A stretch of DNA of 64,000 nt from a virus. Where the stretch lies: positions 26,113 through 90,112 of IMG/VR virus record IMGVR_UViG_3300023223_001361, one strand, 5' to 3'. The translations under genes were made by a program, and so were the position numbers. This document shows positions 48,401 through 58,423 of this stretch, in pieces; position 1 is the stretch's first letter, and the number at the start of each line of letters is the position of its first letter. The notes beneath the pieces are model-generated. The model worked only from the letters and a program-made list of their open reading frames with translations. It was not told where the DNA came from and searched no databases.

Positions 48401-48584
48401 ATATTTTTTGCGAGAAGCAAAAAACAAATCACAAGCTTTGAAAACACTTCAAGATAAAAAGAGCGATGCTCTTGCTAAATTGGGGGCTATAGATACTCTG
48501 AAATCTCTCAAAGTATCAGATGGTGAAATAAATAGGGCCTTGAGAAAGGCTGGGATTAAAAACGCAGACGAGCTATTGAAATAG
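48387..48584 (+). CDS. small protein with capsid-targeting-like leader
   Basis: MQTLKYFLRE. Confidence 0.55.
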   Translation: MQTLKYFLREAKNKSQALKTLQDKKSDALAKLGAIDTLKSLKVSDGEINRALRKAGIKNADELLK

Positions 48585-48594
48585 GAGAAAGAAA

Positions 48595-49095
48595 ATGATT
48601 CGTGACTTACCAAAAGGTTTGCTTGACACTGCCCAAAAGACTTTAGATAGAAATCGTCTTATGGAGAATAAAGCTGCCGAAGTTGTAAAACAAGAGTTGG
48701 GAAAGATGGGTAAAAGTCTTGAACAGCTTACACCAGAAGAGAAAAAGGCATTATTTGCTAAAGTCGATAGATTGGTCAAAGCTGATGATGAAGTCAAGGA
48801 AGCTACAAAAGCACTTGGTTTTTCGAAAGACCTAAAAACTGCTCCACAAAAAGATACTGATGGTGCTCATGAGCATAATCCTGTTGACTATCAATCTGGT
48901 AGTGAACAAGAACAGGATGAAGCTAAAAGAAAGAAGAGAGACATGAATGTCACTCATCATCCATTAGAAGATAGAGATATGTCTAAAGTTACAGCAACGG
49001 AAGCTGTTGCAGAAGCATGTGTCCATCATGCAGAAGAAAATTGTTCTAAGTGCCAGGATGAAGCTTATACGGCACCAAAGAAAAAGAAAAAATAG
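48595..49095 (+). CDS. charged putative internal head protein
   Basis: Several (L/V)xE sites; RBS AGGAG. Confidence 0.5.
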   Translation: MIRDLPKGLLDTAQKTLDRNRLMENKAAEVVKQELGKMGKSLEQLTPEEKKALFAKVDRLVKADDEVKEATKALGFSKDLKTAPQKDTDGAHEHNPVDYQSGSEQEQDEAKRKKRDMNVTHHPLEDRDMSKVTATEAVAEACVHHAEENCSKCQDEAYTAPKKKKK

Positions 49096-49277
49096 AGGAA
49101 ATTATTATGAAACATAAAAAAGTAAAATGGAAATGTGTGGTTAATTTACCAAAGGATAAATCTTATACTATCGAAGAATTTGTTGATTTGGTTAATAATC
49201 CTGAAAAAATGGAACAGGAAAAAAAAGAAACAACAAGAAAATTATCATTTTCTTTACAAACAATGGAGGAAAAATAA

Positions 49278-49490
49278 ATGGCAAAGAAACCGACTCTGCC
49301 TAGACACAAATATGGTGTCATGGCAACTAAAAGAGGTTGGGAATGTAAAAAAACTGGCGAACTTCTCAAGTGTGTGAAAGGTTTACTAGAATATTTTCCG
49401 CCAAAAGAAGCTCCAAAGCCTAAAAAGAAAAAAGCAAAAAAGGTAGAGGAACCCAAAGTTGAAGATGCTCTAACTGAAGATAGCGAATAA
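49278..49490 (+). CDS. small conserved T4-like protein
   Basis: ATKRGWECKKTGELLKCVKGL; RBS GGAGG. Confidence 0.55.
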   Translation: MAKKPTLPRHKYGVMATKRGWECKKTGELLKCVKGLLEYFPPKEAPKPKKKKAKKVEEPKVEDALTEDSE

Positions 49491-49503
49491 TCTAACATTT
49501 ATC

Positions 49504-49899
49504 ATGGATTTCGATGATATTCAGTTAAATGAATCTAATTTTGTTTTGTTTGCAATGAAATGTTATGATTGTAGTAATTGTTTAGATGCAAAAGAATTTT
49601 ATGATGATATTAAAAAGATCAAATATCTCAAAAGACTTTTTAATCGTTATCTAAAAGAACAAGAATTGAAAGAAAGATTGATTGTCAATCATTTAGTAGA
49701 GCTTTATAATATGTTTGGTAATGATGCAACCAAAATGCTTTTTTTTAAACTGGAAGATGAATTTCATCCACTACTAAAAACGTTTTTGGTGTATCTTAAT
49801 CGTATGCCTTCGATTGTACGTGGTGCGAGAGAAGATGCAATTGAATCAATTAACATTTCAATAGATTTGGAAGTAGCTAATAAATTACGAAAAATATGA
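49504..49899 (+). CDS. conserved T4-like hypothetical protein
   Basis: LNESNFVLFAMKCY..EFYDDIKKIKYLKRLF..LKERLIVNH..YNMFG. Confidence 0.75.
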   Translation: MDFDDIQLNESNFVLFAMKCYDCSNCLDAKEFYDDIKKIKYLKRLFNRYLKEQELKERLIVNHLVELYNMFGNDATKMLFFKLEDEFHPLLKTFLVYLNRMPSIVRGAREDAIESINISIDLEVANKLRKI

Positions 49900-50492
49900 A
49901 TAAAAATGGATATGAGATAATAATCCTGAATGAAGGAATTGTAATTGATACTTTTCTTTTATATCAATTTTTGAAACGGCTTGCAACACCCTTTGATAAT
50001 TGGAAAGCTTTTAAATTGGGCATAATTGATGAGCGCGGTAAAGTCCTTCGCAAAAGAAAAACACTTAAAACAAAAAACGAAAAAGATTCTTTTGGTTTGT
50101 TTGACATTTTGGTATTAAATCTTAAAAAAATAATGGAGAAATTACCTCTTGGTAAAACTCGATTAGGTTCTTTTGCTGCCGCTTTATTCCTTATTAAAGA
50201 ACATCAGAATCCAAGAATTAGCGATTCTGAATTTTTTGTTGAAAGTTTTTTAGACTTTATTGATGATATTGAATTTTTGCCAGAGTATGAACAACAAGTT
50301 CGTAAATTATATGAAGATATCGATAATGAAGTTTTTGGAATGCAGTTATCTGAAATGATGCACGAAGAACCAGCAAACACCATTGGTTCTGGAAAGATTA
50401 AGGGTGTCACAGATGAACCTGGACTTCAACAAACTCGAAAAAGAAAAAAGAAGAAAAAGAAAGAAAAGGATAAAATACTTCGTCGTATGTAA
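49896..50492 (+). CDS. conserved T4-like protein (gp61.1-like)
   Basis: YQFLKRLATPF..WKAFKLGIIDERG. Confidence 0.65.
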   Translation: MNKNGYEIIILNEGIVIDTFLLYQFLKRLATPFDNWKAFKLGIIDERGKVLRKRKTLKTKNEKDSFGLFDILVLNLKKIMEKLPLGKTRLGSFAAALFLIKEHQNPRISDSEFFVESFLDFIDDIEFLPEYEQQVRKLYEDIDNEVFGMQLSEMMHEEPANTIGSGKIKGVTDEPGLQQTRKRKKKKKKEKDKILRRM

Positions 50493-50507
50493 TATGAGAA
50501 TTTTGTT

Positions 50508-50909
50508 ATGTCATTAGTTAAAGATCCTACAATAGTTTATATTTGCTATCCGACCACAACTGGAAATATAAACGAAAATATCAATACTATTTTAAATTTG
50601 TGTTTAGATATTCAAACGCATTGTCCCAATACTATTCCTATAGCTCCATATCTTATGTTTATGAATTACCTAGATATAAGTGATCCTGCTCAAATGTCTA
50701 TAGTAGTAAAAAATACTAGAGAATTTTTCAGAAGAAAATCATTTGATGAGATGTGGGTCGCTGGACAAATTATAACAGAAGAAATGACATTACAAATTGA
50801 ATGGGCAATTGATTATGATATTCCCACAATAGCTTACACTCCACTTATTGTTAAAGATTTGGAAATTATGATGGAAGAGTATGAAAATCTCCGAAAAGTT
50901 CTTCATTAG
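50508..50909 (+). CDS. DUF4406 / nucleoside-deoxyribosyltransferase-like fold protein
   Basis: VYICYP..G...N...PIAPYL..YLD...DEMWV.G..ITEEM..IEWA....IP. Confidence 0.6.
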   Translation: MSLVKDPTIVYICYPTTTGNINENINTILNLCLDIQTHCPNTIPIAPYLMFMNYLDISDPAQMSIVVKNTREFFRRKSFDEMWVAGQIITEEMTLQIEWAIDYDIPTIAYTPLIVKDLEIMMEEYENLRKVLH

Positions 50910-50952
50910 TGAATTTTCTGAGAAAAAATAGTTTGATATAAAGGAAAATGGT

Positions 50953-51357
50953 ATGAATAATGATAATGTAGTTAAGCCACCTTCAACAGAACAAATTGGT
51001 GATCCAGAAGACAATATGAAAAAATATGTTGAGGATTTGAAAAAATATAACAAAGAACAAATTAGATTAAATATTGAACATCAGGAGCAACAACAGAAAA
51101 ATTATCTTGAGCATCAAGAAAAATGTGCTCGGGAAGAAGAAGAAGCTCACAAGCGGGCTAGTGTTGAATATATTCCAACAGAAATAATAATTAATAAAGC
51201 TGAAAATGGTTGGGTTCTTCATCATGTTAGAAATGTTCAAAATGAACTTTCTTTGGGTCAATTTCATGAAGTATACTATACTGCTCAAGAGTTGTTAGAC
51301 CGCCTTTCTTTGGTTTTAATAAATCAAATAAATATTGATAAGAAACAAAATGAATAA
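50953..51357 (+). CDS. hypothetical protein
   Basis: IIINKAENGWVL; RBS AAGGA. Confidence 0.5.
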   Translation: MNNDNVVKPPSTEQIGDPEDNMKKYVEDLKKYNKEQIRLNIEHQEQQQKNYLEHQEKCAREEEEAHKRASVEYIPTEIIINKAENGWVLHHVRNVQNELSLGQFHEVYYTAQELLDRLSLVLINQINIDKKQNE

Positions 51358-51588
51358 TGATGAAATAACTCTTGATCCTGAAAAGATGTATGAAACGTCT
51401 TTAAAAGCTAAACTAATATATGAAAGGGCTGTTCAAAATCTTAAAGATACAAGAGAAGATGAAAGAAAACAAATAATGAAAATAGTTCAACAGAGAAATT
51501 CAGCTCGTGATCTTTTATTGCAGATTCGTAAAGATACAAAGAGTAAAAAAATAATTAGTAAAATTAACAAATTTTTTGGAGACAAGTA

Positions 51589-51915
51589 ATGACTAAGAAC
51601 CCTATCGGTGACCCATTCGATTTCCCACCAAAAAAGATCGATGATGAATTAATTATGCCAAATGAACCAAAGCTTTACCCCAATTCCTTCGAGGATCTAT
51701 CGGCCATCGAAACTCTCTTCACCACTCAACTTGATGGTAGTTACAAATGGAATGAAAAAATAATCAAAAGTTTGACCGATGAAATTGTAAAAGAATTACA
51801 AAAAAGAGGATATGACAAAGAAAAAGGTGCTGGATCGACGATACAGCAATGCTGGATCGTAGTATTAACCATTACTGCTTTATTCACGATCCGACTATTG
51901 AGTAACACCCTGTAA
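51589..51915 (+). CDS. hypothetical protein with C-terminal hydrophobic segment
   Basis: CWIVVLTITALFTIRLL. Confidence 0.5.
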   Translation: MTKNPIGDPFDFPPKKIDDELIMPNEPKLYPNSFEDLSAIETLFTTQLDGSYKWNEKIIKSLTDEIVKELQKRGYDKEKGAGSTIQQCWIVVLTITALFTIRLLSNTL

Positions 51916-51933
51916 TCATTGAATATTTAAAGG

Positions 51934-51962
51934 TTGACAAAAGGATTCATATTTGATATACT
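51934..51962 (+). promoter_or_regulatory. sigma70-type promoter
   Basis: TTGACA-17 nt-TATACT with TG extension. Confidence 0.8.
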
Positions 51963-52010
51963 CACAACAAGTATTTGTTAATGTATTAACTCCAATAATG
52001 GGGAATTGAA

Positions 52011-54668
52011 ATGAAACATATATTATGCTGTTTTTTACTATATTGTTGTTGTTTTTCTCATGATGTTTCCGCAATGTGTGAGCCGGAGACTTCAGCAAAC
52101 TTCATTTCTGCTACAGAAGTTGTAGCAATTTCAGATAAAGATTTATCAAATGTTGTTTTAAAGTTCTGTGATGATACTATCCAGAAGTTTGATGATTTAA
52201 GTGGTTTATTTGGAACTTTTTCTGGTACAGGCGATAATTCTGGAAAGAAACTTGTAGGTATTTACATCAAATCAGGTTGTAACCAAAGTGATGAAGGACT
52301 GGGTTTTGGTGAATTTCATGTTAATCTCGATGATGATGTTTGTGGTAATCATAACTGTAATAATGACGATGATGACGATGACGATGATTGTTGTGAAGAT
52401 GATGACGACGATGATAGCAATGCTTGTGAACCAGTTTGCCCGCAAGGTTATGATGAATGTGGTGTTTGTGGTGGAGAAGGTTCGGGTGAATGTGGGTGTA
52501 ATAGTTCAGTTGTAAAAGATCGGTGTGATGTATGTGGTGGTGACAACACATCTTGTCAAATTGAAGTTTGTCAAGTTCTTGATAATGACTATGATAATGC
52601 GAAAGTTGTTGTTATCCTTGAAAGCGAACTTGATGAAACAAAACACTTTGATGTTGCTGAATGTAAACCAACTGTTATTTGTATTAGATCTGGATGGGGA
52701 CCAACTGTCACAGTTCCTTGGATTGCTTTCTACAATAAATATCTGAATGAAGGATCCGGGCTTGGTGAATGTCGATTCACAGTTTGTGTGAAATCTGAAG
52801 ATGGTCGATTTGCTATTGCTGGGTTTGTTCTTGAATCAGAATTTGCTGTTCTTATCGAAGAAGGACGTGCTACGGGAGATTTGTCTGAGTGTGATAATGT
52901 AAAAGTCTGTATTAATCCCAATACTACTCCGCCTACAACAAAATTAATTCCAAAATTTGTCTTAGATTGGTATTTGAGTAATGGATTTAAAGAAGGTGAA
53001 TGTCCGATTAAGGTATGTAGACCTGGAATTGAAAATGAAGCTGATGCAACTGTAATAGAGATTGATCTAAGTGAAAAATTAGAAACGGATAGATTCGTTG
53101 AAGATTGTGAACCAATGACAATCTGTTTAGATGGTCAAACTTTAACGTTACCAAAATTTGTTGCAATCCCTATAATTGTAAATGATGGTGCAAATCAAGG
53201 TGAATGTAATGGTGAATGTCCAACACATAATGAATGTGTAACTGAGTGTTCTGAATCATACGATCCTCTTTGGGTTCCGCAATGTGTGGCATTTTGTGTT
53301 GAAAATTGTGGCATTTATTGTGATAAACCAAAAGATTGTATATTTACCGATCTTGAGCCAGAAACTTGTGCAAACGCTAATGGTTTTCTTGGTCAGGTCA
53401 ATATTGCGACTGTAGTTAATACTTCACAAAAACCTCTCAGAGTTCAAGTTCAATATAGAGATTTGTTTGGTGTTGTCCAAGGCCAAATTGCTAATACAGT
53501 TGAAACCAAATGGGATGTTATTGTGAATGACATCGGTTTATTGCCAGATACTTATGGAACAGTTTGTGTTCAAACTGATGCTGAAGAAGCAGGAAAGTGG
53601 ATTGGTGGTGTTACACTTTATAAAGGCATAGATGATAATGCTTGGGGCGGACCTTATGAGTTTGCATTATACTATCCATTTGAAAACTTCAAAATTGGAT
53701 TTCAGGCAACCGCACTAAACACTCATGATTTAGGTGGTAGCGCTACTGCTAATTGGATTAGGATAACTGATGGTGAAATTGATAATCATCCTCTTGGTGG
53801 CTCATTGTTTATTTACGGTGGAGATGGTACATTAGAACAGTTACACGATGTTCATATCCCTGATGGTGGTAGGTTTGATTTTAGTGCTCATGATGCTCTA
53901 GGTCATAATAAACTAGGAACAGCTATATTTGCTCCACACCTAGTTAATGGGAAATCACCAAATTATTATTTCTCATCTGCGAGATATACATATAATTGTG
54001 TTGATAATCCAAATGGATTTGCTTGCAACGATTTCTTAACAGCGTTTGTGACACCAAATAGAACGCCTATTAAAGGAATTACTTATAATCAGGTTTCGAG
54101 CGTAGGTGAGTTGACCTATCTCGAACTTCATAATCCAGTTGAAAAAACAACATCAATTCGATTGTCTGTATTTTCGGAAGATGGAATTAAAGTGCATAAT
54201 GAAACAATTCAACTCACACCATATCAAGTAAGACATCTAGCAATATACAATGTATTGGATGGTGTAGGTCATGCTAAGTTAAATTCAGAGAATTATTATA
54301 TTGCAGGTCGATCTTCCTATAAGCTGGAAAGTTCTATTGTGGAGTTTGGTTATTCAACAGCATTTACTAGGCTAACTCCAAATAGTAAACAAATGACTGA
54401 ATATAATAGTTTCTTAAACCAATCCAATACTGTTGAAGTGACTAACACACTTGAGAGAACGAGTAATGGAACTATTAAAGTGATTGACTATTTGGGGAAT
54501 GTAGTATTTGATGCTTTTATTTCAGCAGCTCCAAATACAACTACTAGATACAAGTTGAATATACCTGTTGATAGTTATGGGGTAATAATCGTGGATGCGC
54601 CAGGTGTATTCATTCGAAACTATGTGGTTAATGATAACCAATATACTTTGCCTTTTATAGGCAAATAA
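52011..54668 (+). CDS. 885-aa secreted Cys-rich multidomain protein
   Basis: Signal-peptide-like N-terminus (..FSHDVSA), poly-Asp tract, DxCxVCGG repeats, ~35-aa VC...EC repeats, beta-rich C-terminus. Confidence 0.8.
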   Translation: MKHILCCFLLYCCCFSHDVSAMCEPETSANFISATEVVAISDKDLSNVVLKFCDDTIQKFDDLSGLFGTFSGTGDNSGKKLVGIYIKSGCNQSDEGLGFGEFHVNLDDDVCGNHNCNNDDDDDDDDCCEDDDDDDSNACEPVCPQGYDECGVCGGEGSGECGCNSSVVKDRCDVCGGDNTSCQIEVCQVLDNDYDNAKVVVILESELDETKHFDVAECKPTVICIRSGWGPTVTVPWIAFYNKYLNEGSGLGECRFTVCVKSEDGRFAIAGFVLESEFAVLIEEGRATGDLSECDNVKVCINPNTTPPTTKLIPKFVLDWYLSNGFKEGECPIKVCRPGIENEADATVIEIDLSEKLETDRFVEDCEPMTICLDGQTLTLPKFVAIPIIVNDGANQGECNGECPTHNECVTECSESYDPLWVPQCVAFCVENCGIYCDKPKDCIFTDLEPETCANANGFLGQVNIATVVNTSQKPLRVQVQYRDLFGVVQGQIANTVETKWDVIVNDIGLLPDTYGTVCVQTDAEEAGKWIGGVTLYKGIDDNAWGGPYEFALYYPFENFKIGFQATALNTHDLGGSATANWIRITDGEIDNHPLGGSLFIYGGDGTLEQLHDVHIPDGGRFDFSAHDALGHNKLGTAIFAPHLVNGKSPNYYFSSARYTYNCVDNPNGFACNDFLTAFVTPNRTPIKGITYNQVSSVGELTYLELHNPVEKTTSIRLSVFSEDGIKVHNETIQLTPYQVRHLAIYNVLDGVGHAKLNSENYYIAGRSSYKLESSIVEFGYSTAFTRLTPNSKQMTEYNSFLNQSNTVEVTNTLERTSNGTIKVIDYLGNVVFDAFISAAPNTTTRYKLNIPVDSYGVIIVDAPGVFIRNYVVNDNQYTLPFIGK

Positions 54669-54673
54669 TTACA

Positions 54674-54715
54674 GGCTGGCAAGGGATTTCCCCATGCTCT
54701 TGCCAGCCCCTTTAT
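54674..54715 (+). terminator. hairpin / terminator
   Basis: GGCTGGCAAG...CTTGCCAGCC stem then CCTTTATT. Confidence 0.7.
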
Positions 54716-55209
54716 TCGAGATTTAATTATGAGTGATGAAAAATCCAATATGGTAGGTAAAAAACCTATTAGAGTTTCTGGAGATGGTATAGTTGAAGAA
54801 AGTGAAATAACAGAAGAAATTTGGTATTGGGTAAGAACATTACATTTCAATGGTGCTCAACCTAAAGAAATACCAATATTAATAGAGGAAAAGGTTCCAG
54901 GAACTTTCATAACAGTTGCTACAATATTGGATATTCTAAGATGAGGATTTTTAGTAAAAATGATGCAGATTCTTGCAAACGTATTCGTAATTCAGTCGTA
55001 AATGGTTATGACATTAGTCCTAGGGACACCCATTTTTTATTAGGATGTATTAAGAGATTAACTACTAAAATCAGTTCGGATAAAATAACAATAGAAGATT
55101 TGAATAAGAAAATATCAGCAATGCAATGTGCTGATAAACTAAGGAAAAGTGGATTCGGCATTTCGGACCAAATGTTTATAAATGATTTGTTTAAAGGCTT
55201 AAACAAAAA

Positions 55210-55419
55210 ATGAGCGAACATGGGCAAATAGAAAATAAATGTGGTGAATGTGGTGCTATCGCAAAGCTCAATGTATATCATCAAGATAACAAAATAATGT
55301 TTGAGATTGCTTGCTCAAGTGGTTGTTATTCTTCTGGATTCAAAAATTCATTTGAAGAAAGTTTAGAGAGATGGGATAAAATATACAATTATCTTAAGGA
55401 ACAAAACAACAATAAATGA
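55210..55419 (+). CDS. Lar (restriction alleviation)-like zinc finger
   Basis: CGECG...IACSSGC...SFEESLERWD. Confidence 0.5.
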   Translation: MSEHGQIENKCGECGAIAKLNVYHQDNKIMFEIACSSGCYSSGFKNSFEESLERWDKIYNYLKEQNNNK

Positions 55420-55905
55420 TACTAAAATATATGAAATCTTGGCTCAATAAAAAACAAGGTAAGAGAATATCTATTCAGGAGGCACATAAGTTAGCTTCTA
55501 AAGTTGCCTCTGAGACTTCGACCCGAATAGCCAAGGAACGTAAACAAGAAGCTGAATTCCTCCAACAGTATTGGGATGGTGAGGAAATCACCGAAGAAGA
55601 AAGTGATTTGAGAATGGCACAAATCGAAGCACTACAGAATAAAACAAAATGGCACTAACGTTAGAACAAATTGAATCTGATATTGCAGAAATAGATGTTC
55701 AGCTGGCAGAATTGGATGCTCAGGAAGCTGCTTATGTTGATGGAACTATAGATGATGGGAATTCTGGTGGACCACCTACTTCTCCAACATTAGAAGAATT
55801 TTTAATCAGGACTTCCATAGCTAGAACAGATTTAGAAACAGCAAGAGAAGATTTAGTAACTATAAGAGATACACAGGATTTTAGTATTTTAACTGGGGAA
55901 TAAAG

Positions 55906-56193
55906 GTGATGATAATGAAGATTAAATTGATGATATTAATTTTAATATTTTATACAGGTTGCTCTACAATGGTAAAAAGGACTATAGAACCCAGTCTTGA
56001 TACCGAAAACCAAAAGCTTAAAGCCAGAGTTCAAGAGTGCGAGACAACAGTTAATCAACTGGCAGGAGATTTGGAGAAGTGTTTTCGAGAGTATAAAGAA
56101 TTATTAAACTTTGTCGTACTATGTTCTCAAATGGGAGAAAAGATGATAGCAAATTCGAAAACCCAAACTTTAACTTGTGGAGAACCAGAGTAA
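55906..56193 (+). CDS. putative lipoprotein with coiled coil
   Basis: KIKLMILILIFYTG-C lipobox-like. Confidence 0.5.
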   Translation: MMIMKIKLMILILIFYTGCSTMVKRTIEPSLDTENQKLKARVQECETTVNQLAGDLEKCFREYKELLNFVVLCSQMGEKMIANSKTQTLTCGEPE

Positions 56194-57130
56194 ATTAAAT
56201 ATGGGGTAAGAAATGTCTGAAAATATCAAGATAGAGCTTAATAGTCTACAAAGAACAAATTTTGCTTTTCCGGGCCTTTGGGAGGCAAGTGGAACAAATG
56301 GAGAAATTATTTTACTGCATTTTAGATATGGTGATTTAAGTGTATACATTTGTGACAATGAAAAAATTCGAGGAGAGTTGGCATATCAATTATTTGTTAA
56401 TGTGTCTAGTGAATCAAAAATAGAAGGAATAAAACTTTTATTAAAAGAACCGAAAGATGAGTTTTGTTTAGATGGATTTATTACTGATGAGGAACTATTT
56501 ATTATGCTTGAAAAGGAAGAATTGATATATTATGAAAAAGAAAATTAAATTACAACTATGGTCTGCTTTTGTTGGTTTCTCGGTGTTTATGGCTTTCTTT
56601 GCTTTAACTAATATTGTTTTATTAGTCTCTATTCCAAACACAAAATTAACAAATGCTGAACTTTATGGGAACCAAGTACAAATTAACAAAAATGATTTAG
56701 GAACTTTAATTTGTGATAAACCAGAACCAAGTGTATGTGTCCAATTAGATCCGAATGGAGAATTTATTCATTTTATTTACAAAGAAAAGGTGATACATGG
56801 AGGAGAAAAATTTTGATATTAACATCGATAAGGTATTTTCTATAGAAATACCTGAAGATGGTGGGCTGGTCGTTTATATTCCGACGATGTATTTTAATGC
56901 GAAATATGAGATGATGCATAAACAATTAAAGAACCAACTCCATAAAGCTTTAAACAAATTGGGTCGTACAGATATACCTGTAGTTATCTTACCAGATCAG
57001 TTTACATTAGAGCGTATCAGTGAGGGCCAGTATAAAGCTAAAAAGAATAATTGGTTATTACGAACCATATTGTTAAGTTTATTCAACATTATGACGACTA
57101 TACTAGTAGTAAAGTTTTTATGTAGTTAAA

Positions 57131-57325
57131 ATGCAAAATTTTACTGATCTAATTAATAACAAAACAGTTACGGTTTGTGTCAATAATGGAATCGTAAAAC
57201 TTGTTCATGTTCCTACTGGAATAACGATATCTAAAGCAATTGGAATTGAAGGCAGATTTGTGACTATACACAAATTACGATTTGAACTTTATGAACAAGT
57301 CAAATCCAAAAAAAATTCTGATTAA
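57131..57325 (+). CDS. small protein with release-factor-like HxPTG motif, no GGQ
   Basis: VKLVHVPTGITIS. Confidence 0.45.
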   Translation: MQNFTDLINNKTVTVCVNNGIVKLVHVPTGITISKAIGIEGRFVTIHKLRFELYEQVKSKKNSD

Positions 57326-57565
57326 TATAATGCAAGAAAAAATTTTAAATAAAACTATGGATGAAATCGCCGAATGTATGATGTCTCTTACTTCAGTTTT
57401 ACGTACACAAAGTATGAAAGAAGTATATAGAATTCTTGATGAAGTTGACGAAAAGAGAAACTTCATAAACAGTCAAGAACACCCAGAAGAAATATTAGAA
57501 GCTTTAAATCTATTGAATGAACAGTTTGAACATATGAGAAAATTATTAGGATGGGGGTTAAATTA

Positions 57566-58072
57566 ATGACTAAAATCGTTCATATTCATGAAGCACATAT
57601 TAGCCGGATTAAAAAGCAAATTCGAAATGGAACATATGAAATAGATTCCATTGCTGTGGCTCAAGCTACTTTGCGCTGGCTTGAAAATGAAATGGAATCG
57701 CTCAAGTCATTAAAGAATTTATACGATTTGGAACAATCGAAACTTCCGGGTTTTCGTAAAGGAACTGGAATAGGTCAGAGATTCACTCAGGCTATAGACA
57801 TTTTAGATCCTTCTTTTTGGAATAAAATGTCAAAATGGGATTTTGGTGTGATAGCTGGAAATTCAACTCAAGGTCGTGATATTAAAGGTTCATTTAATAC
57901 AATTGTTCTGGAAAAGGGTAAGAAAACAATAAGAATTTCTACCCCAAGAAACGGAAAGGATTCTTCTTTACCTTGGAAAGCGGTTTTGAGTAATGCTAAA
58001 AATGGTATAGAAAAGGAAACGAAAGAATTACCTTTTAGAAAATTATTAAAACAATTGAAGAAAATGCTATAA
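57566..58072 (+). CDS. protein with N-terminal FlgM-like (anti-sigma28) motif fused to unknown domain
   Basis: HISRIKKQIRNGTYEIDSIAVAQATL. Confidence 0.55.
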   Translation: MTKIVHIHEAHISRIKKQIRNGTYEIDSIAVAQATLRWLENEMESLKSLKNLYDLEQSKLPGFRKGTGIGQRFTQAIDILDPSFWNKMSKWDFGVIAGNSTQGRDIKGSFNTIVLEKGKKTIRISTPRNGKDSSLPWKAVLSNAKNGIEKETKELPFRKLLKQLKKML

Positions 58073-58102
58073 TAGAATCATTTAAGTATAGAGAAAAAGA
58101 AA

Positions 58103-58423
58103 ATGATTGAAAAAATTTTTGGTGATACGTTTTTTACTGATATGCTTGGTCAGAAAGTTCGAATTGGTGATTATATCGTATATCCAGGTCGTCGAGGCTC
58201 TTCTTGTTGGCAAAATATAGGTCGAGTTTTGAGAATGAAGAATCAAGCTCATCGTTGGAGAGACAACCACTTTACTGCTACTGTTAAAGTTCTTTCTGCT
58301 AATCAGAACTGGAGAACTCAACAATGGGAAGCAAACGATAAAGCTGGATATATTACAAGATTGGATAGAGTTGTAAAAATTGATAGTATTGGAGAAGAAC
58401 TCAGAGCGATACTTGCAAAATGA
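58103..58423 (+). CDS. hypothetical protein (KOW/SH3-like)
   Basis: DMLGQKVRIGDYIVY. Confidence 0.5.
   Translation: MIEKIFGDTFFTDMLGQKVRIGDYIVYPGRRGSSCWQNIGRVLRMKNQAHRWRDNHFTATVKVLSANQNWRTQQWEANDKAGYITRLDRVVKIDSIGEELRAILAK

Noticed and set aside
52288-52551. His-rich and Met-rich overlapping ORFs
   Set aside because: Alternative-frame readings of the poly-Asp/Cys tract of the 885-aa gene.
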